Source: an uncultured Candidatus Saccharibacteria bacterium
GTDB taxonomy: Bacteria; Patescibacteriota; Minisyncoccia; Phycocordibacterales; UBA5272
Assembly (NCBI GenBank): GCA_964544935.1
Contig: CAZJDZ010000004.1
Span: forward strand, 15,802-79,801
Reading direction: 5' to 3'
Length of the DNA stretch: 64,000 nucleotides
The position numbers were made by a program, and so were the translations under genes. Below are positions 10,242 to 18,252 of the stretch, one piece after another. The notes beneath the pieces are model-generated. The model was given only the letters and a program-made list of their open reading frames with translations. It made no database searches and had not been told where the DNA came from. How positions within the stretch are numbered: the stretch's first letter is position 1; each line of letters opens with the position of its first letter.

Positions 10242-11210
10242 TTATAATGAGTCAAGGCAAGTAGTGAGCTCACAGGCATAATTTTTTACACTACACATAT
10301 TAAAAGTACCATCCCCTGGATTGATAGGACAAACCCATTTTGGAACAGCATTTTGAAATCCTGTCTGTGTGGTACAGTCTACACTTGGTGCGTTTGGAGG
10401 GGTTCCATTTCCACAACAGTTGTATGAAGCAAAAACAGAAGCTACTGCAGGGACACTTAAATATGTTTGAGAAGAGGCACTTATTTTTTGTTTCATACGT
10501 CGCACCCCTTCTGTAATATTATCTACTACAGAATATGAAGCATCTGTACAACTGCCATTTTGATTGATTTGCATTAAACCACAATCAAATGTTCCGTTAT
10601 CATTTTGGTGAGATCTGTTTGGAACTGCACCAGACTCTTTACACATCGTTACAATAGTCATTTTTTTAAGCATCGAGTCCCCTCCTGTTGCTTGATCAAT
10701 AATAGATTCATATTGTTTCCAGTTACAACCAGTGAGAGTTTTACATACTGTTCCTGCACAAACATTTCCGGACTGTAGTTTTTGTATAATACCAGCGGAG
10801 GATTCACATGCTTTTGAAGAGCCTCCACTCCCAACACTTGTTCCACTTGGAATAGCTGCAACCCCTCCCCCAAACCTTTTCGTCGCTAACGCCCCTAACC
10901 CTATCTCTCCATTCACTAACCCTTTGTTAACCGTAAACAAGATAAGAAACAAAGAAAACACACCAAGTAGTCCAAGAGTTACTTTCTTAATCTTCTCTTT
11001 ACTTTGTCTAATTGATGCTTCAGAAGCTTGCACCTGTAGCATTCCCGCTCCTACTAGTTGAAAAAAAGCAGCAATCACAATTGCTGTAAAGAAGAGTCCA
11101 TATATAAATGAAGATGTAGCAAAGAATGATATAGATTCCCCTGCTTTAAACGAAGGAGCAGTCATACCAAGAGCGGTGAGGTTGGAGGGTTCGAGAGAGG
11201 TATATTCCAT
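10242..11210 (-). CDS. pilin-like (VirB2/TrbC-type) membrane module fused to a lytic transglycosylase (SLT-like) domain
   Basis: Two TM helices around KEKIKK; Cys-rich C-terminal domain with catalytic CKES, GLMQIN and ASYN motifs. Confidence 0.75.
   Translation of the reverse strand: MEYTSLEPSNLTALGMTAPSFKAGESISFFATSSFIYGLFFTAIVIAAFFQLVGAGMLQVQASEASIRQSKEKIKKVTLGLLGVFSLFLILFTVNKGLVNGEIGLGALATKRFGGGVAAIPSGTSVGSGGSSKACESSAGIIQKLQSGNVCAGTVCKTLTGCNWKQYESIIDQATGGDSMLKKMTIVTMCKESGAVPNRSHQNDNGTFDCGLMQINQNGSCTDASYSVVDNITEGVRRMKQKISASSQTYLSVPAVASVFASYNCCGNGTPPNAPSVDCTTQTGFQNAVPKWVCPINPGDGTFNMCSVKNYACELTTCLDSL
10878..11201. repeat. 324-bp direct repeat, copy 1
   Basis: Identical by eye to 13110-13433. 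Confidence 0.93.
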
Positions 11211-11215
11211 AACTA

Positions 11216-12511
11216 CTAATTTTCACCAAGAAGATTTGTGTTAAGAAGCCACAAAGAAGAATCTTGCTTCTTTGTAAAGCTTACAAAGAAATTATCTTCA
11301 GATGTAGTTAGTTTAATGATATCAAAAGCGCCCTCTTCCTCTTTAAAGGAATATAAAGAGTATTGTTCACCTGTTCGTACATCAATGGTAAAAAGATCAT
11401 CACTAAAAGAAATTCTTCCTTGGAGCCAGTCATCTGGTAACCCTTCCGTTACTCTGGGTATTGTTCTAGGGATAGCACATACAAAAAAGTCTTTAGTCTG
11501 TATAGCACACTTAGGTGCAAGTGTTGCAAAAGGAAGAACCCGAAGTGTTCCATTTTGAGAAAGAAATGTTGCAAGACCATTTTTCCCCCACATGCTATTT
11601 AACAGAGTTCCTTGGGATAAAGGGAGTGTCATAAGACCTGTTTTTTCAGCAACCTCTCCTTCAAATCGAGGTAAGCTAAGAGTCGCCCCTTCTATATATG
11701 CAGATGGTTTAGTTGTTACATACAGCGTATTCCCTCCGTATGAAATAGCCCATTCCCTAAATGGTGAAGAGGTTATGAATGTAGGATTTTTTGATGCAGT
11801 AACAGAATAGATAGCGCTTCCATTATCTGTCGCGACAACATATGAGCTTTCTGTTTTTGCTTGGTTAACAGCAACAGCAAGTACTTGAGAAGTTAAGTAT
11901 TCAATGTTCCCAAGAGGAGACGCTTCCGTTGATTGATTGATTGAGGGGACATTTGCGATTAGTCCAACAATTGTATTTTTTGTTTGATCTACATAACGCA
12001 TAATCACACGTCTCCCATTATCAAAAAAGTAAGCATCGTGCACCCCAGGGATTACAGAGTTACTTATTTGAAAAACCTGACCAGTCTCTAGTGGATAACC
12101 ATAAATATATCCAGTTGTTGCATCAACAAAGATAACCACAGTTGTTGTCGCACGAATAGTTTTCTTAACTTCAATTGTTGTTGTTCCTTGAGTGCTTGTT
12201 GCAGTAATTTCTTTGAGTACTTGAGTGGTGATAAATGTTTGACCTGTTGCTGGCTTTCCCCAGATTTTTACAAGAGGCATTGCAAGAGGGTTTGTTACTT
12301 CTGTTGTTGAAGAGTTAGTATCTTCACCATTAATCCAATCAGATATAAACTGAAATCGAGGAGGAAATGTTCTTGTCGGGATTGGATCATTTGTTGACTG
12401 TAATGAAGGAGCAATTACTGGTTTTGCATAGAAAAAATACCAAACAAGAACAATAACAACAAAAAATAGTACGAACCCAACAGCTATACGCAAACGACGG
12501 TTACTTTCCAT
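11216..12511 (-). CDS. membrane-anchored beta-rich exported protein of the T4SS-like locus
   Basis: Single N-terminal TM followed by a beta-strand-rich, propeller-like ectodomain (LPDDW.QG..SFSD). Confidence 0.7.
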   Translation of the reverse strand: MESNRRLRIAVGFVLFFVVIVLVWYFFYAKPVIAPSLQSTNDPIPTRTFPPRFQFISDWINGEDTNSSTTEVTNPLAMPLVKIWGKPATGQTFITTQVLKEITATSTQGTTTIEVKKTIRATTTVVIFVDATTGYIYGYPLETGQVFQISNSVIPGVHDAYFFDNGRRVIMRYVDQTKNTIVGLIANVPSINQSTEASPLGNIEYLTSQVLAVAVNQAKTESSYVVATDNGSAIYSVTASKNPTFITSSPFREWAISYGGNTLYVTTKPSAYIEGATLSLPRFEGEVAEKTGLMTLPLSQGTLLNSMWGKNGLATFLSQNGTLRVLPFATLAPKCAIQTKDFFVCAIPRTIPRVTEGLPDDWLQGRISFSDDLFTIDVRTGEQYSLYSFKEEEGAFDIIKLTTSEDNFFVSFTKKQDSSLWLLNTNLLGEN

Positions 12512-12641
12512 ATAAAGAAGTATAGCAAGGATAGATAAGAGATTATAGAGTATAAAGTGCTAGAACTAATTACTTTGTATATAGTAAGTACAGTGAATCT
12601 ACTGTATTGTAGTACCTTACAAACCTTACAGCTAAGTTTTT

Positions 12642-13451
12642 TTATTTATATATGTGCCAATGTGCGGCTGTATTTTTTTCATCACAAAAAATATAACCAA
12701 AATTTTTATAGGTTGCTTTACAAAAACCAAGTGTTGGTCCTGGGGTGAAATTACGAACACAAGCATTAAGAGTCACATCATTAATTCCAAGGTCAACAGG
12801 AGTTCTTCCTGGACCATGACTGCTATGACCAGCTTCTGTTCCCCCTGTTACCTGTATAGAACCACCACAGGTACTTTTCAAGCTTTGAAGCATTATAAGT
12901 GTCTCTGGGTGCATTCCACCTACAGTTGTACATTCAGTAGCGGTAGGAGAAGAACATACTGATTTGTTTACAGTAATTCCTAGTTGTCTTAATTTTTCAC
13001 GAACAACAGGGTCTTCGTTAATAGCATTTTGCATACTATTGTTCCCAGATGGGGATCCGGCTCCTCCTGAAGGTGCTTGAGCGCCAATAGAGATACTTGT
13101 GCTAGTCCCTTTCGTCGCTAACGCCCCTAACCCTATCTCTCCATTCACTAACCCTTTGTTAACCGTAAACAAGATAAGAAACAAAGAAAACACACCAAGT
13201 AGTCCAAGAGTTACTTTCTTAATCTTCTCTTTACTTTGTCTAATTGATGCTTCAGAAGCTTGCACCTGTAGCATTCCCGCTCCTACTAGTTGAAAAAAAG
13301 CAGCAATCACAATTGCTGTAAAGAAGAGTCCATATATAAATGAAGATGTAGCAAAGAATGATATAGATTCCCCTGCTTTAAACGAAGGAGCAGTCATACC
13401 AAGAGCGGTGAGGTTGGAGGGTTCGAGAGAGGTGTAGGATACAGATTGCAT
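12642..13451 (-). CDS. pilin-like membrane module fused to a probable Zn peptidase (M15/LAS-type) domain
   Basis: Same N-terminal ~108 aa as 10242-11210; C-terminal VTGGTE..HSSH..G...VD and terminal HWH resemble SxHxxGxxxD...HxH. Confidence 0.65.
   Translation of the reverse strand: MQSVSYTSLEPSNLTALGMTAPSFKAGESISFFATSSFIYGLFFTAIVIAAFFQLVGAGMLQVQASEASIRQSKEKIKKVTLGLLGVFSLFLILFTVNKGLVNGEIGLGALATKGTSTSISIGAQAPSGGAGSPSGNNSMQNAINEDPVVREKLRQLGITVNKSVCSSPTATECTTVGGMHPETLIMLQSLKSTCGGSIQVTGGTEAGHSSHGPGRTPVDLGINDVTLNACVRNFTPGPTLGFCKATYKNFGYIFCDEKNTAAHWHIYK
13110..13433. repeat. 324-bp direct repeat, copy 2
   Basis: Identical by eye to 10878-11201, offset 2232 bp. Confidence 0.93.
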
Positions 13452-13466
13452 GTACTCTAGTATAAA

Positions 13467-14438
13467 CTATTTTCTTGTATCAAAAATAAGTTCCGTTTCT
13501 AGTTCTGCATTTTGAAGAACCCTTGTTGGACCTGCTATTTTAATCGTAAGTAATTTTGAACCATAACTATTTTCTTTTGGATGAAGAGCAAGAAGTCTTC
13601 CTCCAAGTGGGGTCGATGGAAGGCCATCCAAAAACCATGTATATGTAGGACTCTTTGTCTCTTTGTCTGATACATAAAAAGGTTCAAGAGAAAGTGTAAA
13701 GTCCTTCACCACTTCAAATCTTCGTTCTATAAGATTCTTGAGTGTTGTACCGAATATCTGATCATATACATACAGAAGTGGCATAACAGGATGAGGAGTG
13801 ATAGTTATTGTTTTTGTTGCAGTAGTTCCATTCGGACTGTATACAACAACTCGGATATCATCACTATCCTGTAAGTAGTTGAGCTCTATGGTTGCTGACT
13901 GTTTACCATACCCAGAATAATTTTTAAGAAGCTGATCATCAATATACCAGCTATATGAAAGTGTTGCTGGGTCAAGCATGACACCTTTGTCACTCATCTG
14001 AGGTATCGCAGTAACTCTCACTGTTGCTCCGTCAGAAGGAAGAGATCTTCCTTCATAGAGTACAGGAACATAACTTTTAGGTGCTTCATAGATAAGTATT
14101 ACTGACGAAGGTGTGATTGAGAGTGTTTTGGTTACAAAGCTACCATCAGCAAGCTCAGCTTTTACAAAAATACGTGAAGTCACTCCAACATCAGCTGTTT
14201 GAAGTGTAAGAGTATCAGCACCTCTACCTTGAAGAATGGTATTTCCATCCATTTGCCATGTAATAAATGCGATCCCAGTATTAAAAGAATAACTCGAAAG
14301 AGTTATACGAACCGTGCTTTTTGGCGATGGGTTCGGTGGATCAAGTGTTATAAACGCATCTGTTTGTTGTGCATATGCGTGTGTACAGAAGAAAAAGAGA
14401 TAGATGCAAGAAGAAAGAATTGTAATTATTTTTTTCAT
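13467..14438 (-). CDS. secreted Ig/PKD-like beta-sandwich protein
   Basis: Signal peptide ending AYA; three repeats of a Y/I.W..DG/DD motif; overlaps the VirB4 stop. Confidence 0.7.
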   Translation of the reverse strand: MKKIITILSSCIYLFFFCTHAYAQQTDAFITLDPPNPSPKSTVRITLSSYSFNTGIAFITWQMDGNTILQGRGADTLTLQTADVGVTSRIFVKAELADGSFVTKTLSITPSSVILIYEAPKSYVPVLYEGRSLPSDGATVRVTAIPQMSDKGVMLDPATLSYSWYIDDQLLKNYSGYGKQSATIELNYLQDSDDIRVVVYSPNGTTATKTITITPHPVMPLLYVYDQIFGTTLKNLIERRFEVVKDFTLSLEPFYVSDKETKSPTYTWFLDGLPSTPLGGRLLALHPKENSYGSKLLTIKIAGPTRVLQNAELETELIFDTRK

Positions 14439-16264
14439 ACACCTTTTGATTGTTCAACCTCCTCCTTCATTTCTTGAATTTTAAGAAGTTGAGAAGGGTC
14501 ACTTGTGATAATCTGATCCTCTGTATATGAAGCAACAACTTTAAGTGCCACATGTTTAAGACCTGCAAAAAAGATCCCTTCCCCCACACCGGACTCTAGA
14601 AGTAAGAACTTTTCTTCATTAGTAAGATTAAAAGTTTTTTGAACAATATCAATTGAAGACGGGGATTGTTTGAGAAGAATTTGAATTGAAGAGTTGGTAA
14701 TAATTGGAAGACCATATGGAGATTTAAGAAAATCCCCTACGTCTTGTGTAATTGTTGCAAGTCCTAAATAATATTTTCTTCCACGTTTTGCAAGACCAAA
14801 AAGGAAAGATGCTGTATCATCGTTTTTCATCATGATCCACGCTTCATCTACCACAAGGAGTCGCTTACGAAGATTTTTACGAACAGCGTTCCAGATGAAA
14901 TGTGTGATGAGATACATAGCAACTGGCTTGAGGTCATCTTCCATGTCTCGAATAGAAAAACAAACAAGCTTCTTGTTGATGTCCACATTTGAAGGCTGGT
15001 TGATGAACCCTGACCATGTCCCTTTTGTATATTTTGAGATTCTTTGAACAAGACTTTCAGACCCCTCTATTCCTGAGAGTACAGTTTCAAAATCAGAAAG
15101 AAGTGGTGGTTCTAGTTTTGTAAAATCAGTATCACCATTAATATCTTTAAGTGCATACGTTTCGGTAATTGCCTGATCGATAATAGCGTCTTCCTCAGGA
15201 GTAAGACCTCCAAGCATCACACGAAAAAGTCCAACCAAGTTCACAATGTTTGATCTAAGCACCTCTGAAGGAGATTCATCTTGTGTTGGATGTGGCAAGT
15301 CAAATGGGTTGATATGGTGTTCCCCAACAAGTGAAATATCAAAGTAACGGCCACCAACAGATTCTGCAAGAAATTCATATTCGCGTTCTGGGTCAATGAT
15401 AATTACTTCAGTATCAAACATAAGAGTTCGCAGAATTTCAAGTTTTGTAAAATAACTTTTTCCAGAACCAGATTTTGCAAACACAATTGAATTGTAGTTC
15501 TCCATTGAGAAGCGATCAAAGAGAATGAGACTACCATTGTGACGATTAAGTCCATACAAGATCCCTCTATCAGAAGAAAGATCAAAAGAAACAAATGGGA
15601 AAAACGAAGACAAAGGAGATGTGTTAAGCTTGTTTTTTATCTGTAACAAATCTTGTCCAACTGGAAGTGTTGAAATAAAACCTGCATCTTGCTGGAAAAG
15701 TGCCGGCTTAACGTACACAAGTTTACTTTCAAGAATATTTTTAATTTCATTTTCTGCCTTATCTATTTCTTCATTTGTTTTACCATAAAGAGTAATATAC
15801 AAAGATACTTCAAACATCTTCTCTTGAGCTTGTGTAAGGCCGTCACGAAGATCTTCAAGATCTTGGTAAGCAACATCAAGTGTCGGGTCTCTTACCATCC
15901 CCTTTTCATCACGAGTCATGATTTGACTCTGTACCTCTGCCACCTTTCTTTGAAATGTCTTCATGACTTCACTCGTATTAAGTGGAACAATATGAATTGA
16001 AATATCAAAAACCTTATCAAGGTTAATAACTGGACTTAGCCAGTTATCAGTAAGGTATCTAGGGTATGAAATAACAAAAAAAGAACGCGTAATTGACGTG
16101 CCTAAGTTAAGCGCTTTTGATTGCACTTCAAGTGCACTCGGTGCAATAATATCTTTTAATTGCATCTCAGCAATCTTATACACCTGCTCTGGTAATACCG
16201 GAGTGATGAGCGATTTATGTTCAGGCTCTGCCTTTTTTTTGTTTAAAAAATCAAAAAGTCCCAT
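14435..16264 (-). CDS. VirB4-like type IV secretion ATPase
   Basis: YGLN, Walker A AKSGSGKS, IIDPEREY, INPFD, Walker B LLVVDEAW, KRGRKY, TITQ. Confidence 0.9.
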   Translation of the reverse strand: MGLFDFLNKKKAEPEHKSLITPVLPEQVYKIAEMQLKDIIAPSALEVQSKALNLGTSITRSFFVISYPRYLTDNWLSPVINLDKVFDISIHIVPLNTSEVMKTFQRKVAEVQSQIMTRDEKGMVRDPTLDVAYQDLEDLRDGLTQAQEKMFEVSLYITLYGKTNEEIDKAENEIKNILESKLVYVKPALFQQDAGFISTLPVGQDLLQIKNKLNTSPLSSFFPFVSFDLSSDRGILYGLNRHNGSLILFDRFSMENYNSIVFAKSGSGKSYFTKLEILRTLMFDTEVIIIDPEREYEFLAESVGGRYFDISLVGEHHINPFDLPHPTQDESPSEVLRSNIVNLVGLFRVMLGGLTPEEDAIIDQAITETYALKDINGDTDFTKLEPPLLSDFETVLSGIEGSESLVQRISKYTKGTWSGFINQPSNVDINKKLVCFSIRDMEDDLKPVAMYLITHFIWNAVRKNLRKRLLVVDEAWIMMKNDDTASFLFGLAKRGRKYYLGLATITQDVGDFLKSPYGLPIITNSSIQILLKQSPSSIDIVQKTFNLTNEEKFLLLESGVGEGIFFAGLKHVALKVVASYTEDQIITSDPSQLLKIQEMKEEVEQSKGV

Positions 16265-16269
16265 ATAAT

Positions 16270-16902
16270 TTATTGTGTAACTTTAGGAGCCGCTCTGTCT
16301 CCTTCACTTGGATTAAAGAGTTTATAGAAGAGCTCAACCACCTCCTCTGTTCCAAGTCTTTGAGCACGAAGCCCAAAACGAGAAAGTCCTTGTAGTACAG
16401 TTGCTGTACGTTGTTCAAGTTGAATACGTGCAGCTTCAAACCCTGTCTCAATATTTTTTGATGAACTGTTGCCCCCTAAAGAAAGAAGAGAAGAAGGGCT
16501 TGTTCCTTGAGCGCTTTGATTGAAGTATGGAACAGTAACAAAAAAGTGTTTGGTCATGATGTTACTTTCTTCGGTGAACTTAGCTATGAATCCCATATAT
16601 TCATGGATCTGGATCTTGAGCAAATCTTCTTTTACCTCCCCACTTCGTTCTTTAAGGAGGTCCATATATGGTTTGATATTAAGTTTTCTTGATTGCACAA
16701 AAATCTCTACAGGAAAATCAAGTGAATTAAGAAAATTTTGAAACTGGGACAGTACTGCTTGCTGCTCATCTTCACTTTTGAGTCCAAGGTTAAGTGAGTT
16801 GGTGAGCAAGATAGCACGAAGTTCCCCTGTCTTTAAAATAACAATACCATCGCGTACACGCTCAATTGGAACAAACTCTTGTGTTGATAGTCCTTTAGCC
16901 AT
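16270..16902 (-). CDS. T4SS-associated protein resembling the VirB4/TraC N-terminal region
   Basis: DG..ILK.G, N..LKS.DEQ, FLNSL.FP.....SR; lies between PrgI and VirB4. Confidence 0.7.
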   Translation of the reverse strand: MAKGLSTQEFVPIERVRDGIVILKTGELRAILLTNSLNLGLKSEDEQQAVLSQFQNFLNSLDFPVEIFVQSRKLNIKPYMDLLKERSGEVKEDLLKIQIHEYMGFIAKFTEESNIMTKHFFVTVPYFNQSAQGTSPSSLLSLGGNSSSKNIETGFEAARIQLEQRTATVLQGLSRFGLRAQRLGTEEVVELFYKLFNPSEGDRAAPKVTQ

Positions 16903-16932
16903 ATCTACAATACAGTATACCCTAAGAATTTT

Positions 16933-17364
16933 TTACTCCCTATCCTCTTTCTGTGAGTTGTGTTCAAAAACATCAAGTCCAAGTGCAAGATCATGAATTT
17001 TATCTCGATTTGTTTTTTGAATAATAATTTCTTTTTGAGTGTTTGCAACAACTTGATCAACTGAAGTTTCATTCTTTTTCATTTCTGGTTGTCTCCATGT
17101 GTAGACTTTTGCACCAGTGTAATAATTAAAAGCACTTTCTAATATTTCACCAAAAGATCTGTTGTTGTATTTTACAAAAGCAAGTGAAAGAAATAGTCCT
17201 GCAACAGGAATAATCAAAAGTATTGCAAGAAATTTAATTGGCATAAATGTCCAAATAAGAAACGAGGTTCCTCCAGCGCCAACTAAGTAGCCAAACTGTT
17301 TTAAGGTAAAAGGGCCGAAGACTTTATCTTCCATATCGATGAATTGTGGTACTCGAAATTGCAT
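16933..17364 (-). CDS. PrgI family (VirB3-like) membrane protein
   Basis: VPQFID.EDK.FGP.TLKQF followed by two TM helices. Confidence 0.85.
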   Translation of the reverse strand: MQFRVPQFIDMEDKVFGPFTLKQFGYLVGAGGTSFLIWTFMPIKFLAILLIIPVAGLFLSLAFVKYNNRSFGEILESAFNYYTGAKVYTWRQPEMKKNETSVDQVVANTQKEIIIQKTNRDKIHDLALGLDVFEHNSQKEDRE

Positions 17365-17485
17365 ATAGATAGTATAACAAAAAATACTAGACGTAGATAA
17401 GACATATAAGATAGTAAGATAAAAAGACTGTTTTGCTTACTAGACAAACGGTCTAAAAGTCTTACATTCTTCTTGTCTTGTTTGT

Positions 17486-18226
17486 CTATTCTTCCGAATA
17501 TTCTCTATATGGATCAACGTTATATTTTGTTGGAGCTACACTGTAGGTTGAGTGATTAACTGTTGCGTCAGCAACATCCTTTCCTTTTTCCCCAAACATA
17601 AAGCTTTTAAGGGCGATCTTAGAAGTGAGACTATTATCCTCTTCTTGCTTTTTAATTGCACCAATCTGCTCCTGAATATGCTTGAGACGCTCCCCTATTT
17701 CTTCATCATTTGGAATAGAACTAAGAACTTGTAATTGTTCAAGGAGTTGAGAGCGTGACCCTGGAGCAATCACGGTTGTTTTCTTAGGAAGTGGAGATGA
17801 TTGGTCTTTGTTAATGCCAGACTCTCTTTTTGTTGTATCGAGAATAGACTTACGAAGTTCGTCCTTTGTTTTATCTCCTTGATACTCAAGTGTCTTTACT
17901 TCGCCGCTTTTCTTAAAAAGTGAAATACGAGCCTTCTCAAGGATCGATCCCTCAAGGTCTGTAGCTATATGGATAGCATCCTCACTATTTACATCAACAA
18001 GTTCTTGAAGGGCTTGCACAACATCATCTGGCTGTATTGCTCCAATCAAAATAAAAGAAATGATATTAGAAAGCGCGATTTGCTTACCAATTGGAATTTT
18101 ATATTTTGCTCCAAGGGTGAGAGTTGCTTGGTCTAAATCACCATTAAGAATCAGATCCTGAACAGCAGGCTCTGCGCTATCAAAAAGTTCATCATGGTTA
18201 CTTGCGATGTACGACGGTAGGCTCAT
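17486..18226 (-). CDS. hypothetical cytoplasmic protein with C-terminal DPYRE motif
   Basis: 246 aa ORF inside the T4SS-like locus, helical N-terminal domain. Confidence 0.7.
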   Translation of the reverse strand: MSLPSYIASNHDELFDSAEPAVQDLILNGDLDQATLTLGAKYKIPIGKQIALSNIISFILIGAIQPDDVVQALQELVDVNSEDAIHIATDLEGSILEKARISLFKKSGEVKTLEYQGDKTKDELRKSILDTTKRESGINKDQSSPLPKKTTVIAPGSRSQLLEQLQVLSSIPNDEEIGERLKHIQEQIGAIKKQEEDNSLTSKIALKSFMFGEKGKDVADATVNHSTYSVAPTKYNVDPYREYSEE

Positions 18227-18252
18227 AACTTATAGTATATAGTATGTCTTTC

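Noticed and set aside
10878-13433. Composite transposon or diversity-generating retroelement TR/VR pair
   Set aside because: Repeats are in-frame coding modules with no transposase or terminal inverted repeats, no adenine-specific mismatches, and no reverse transcriptase in the window
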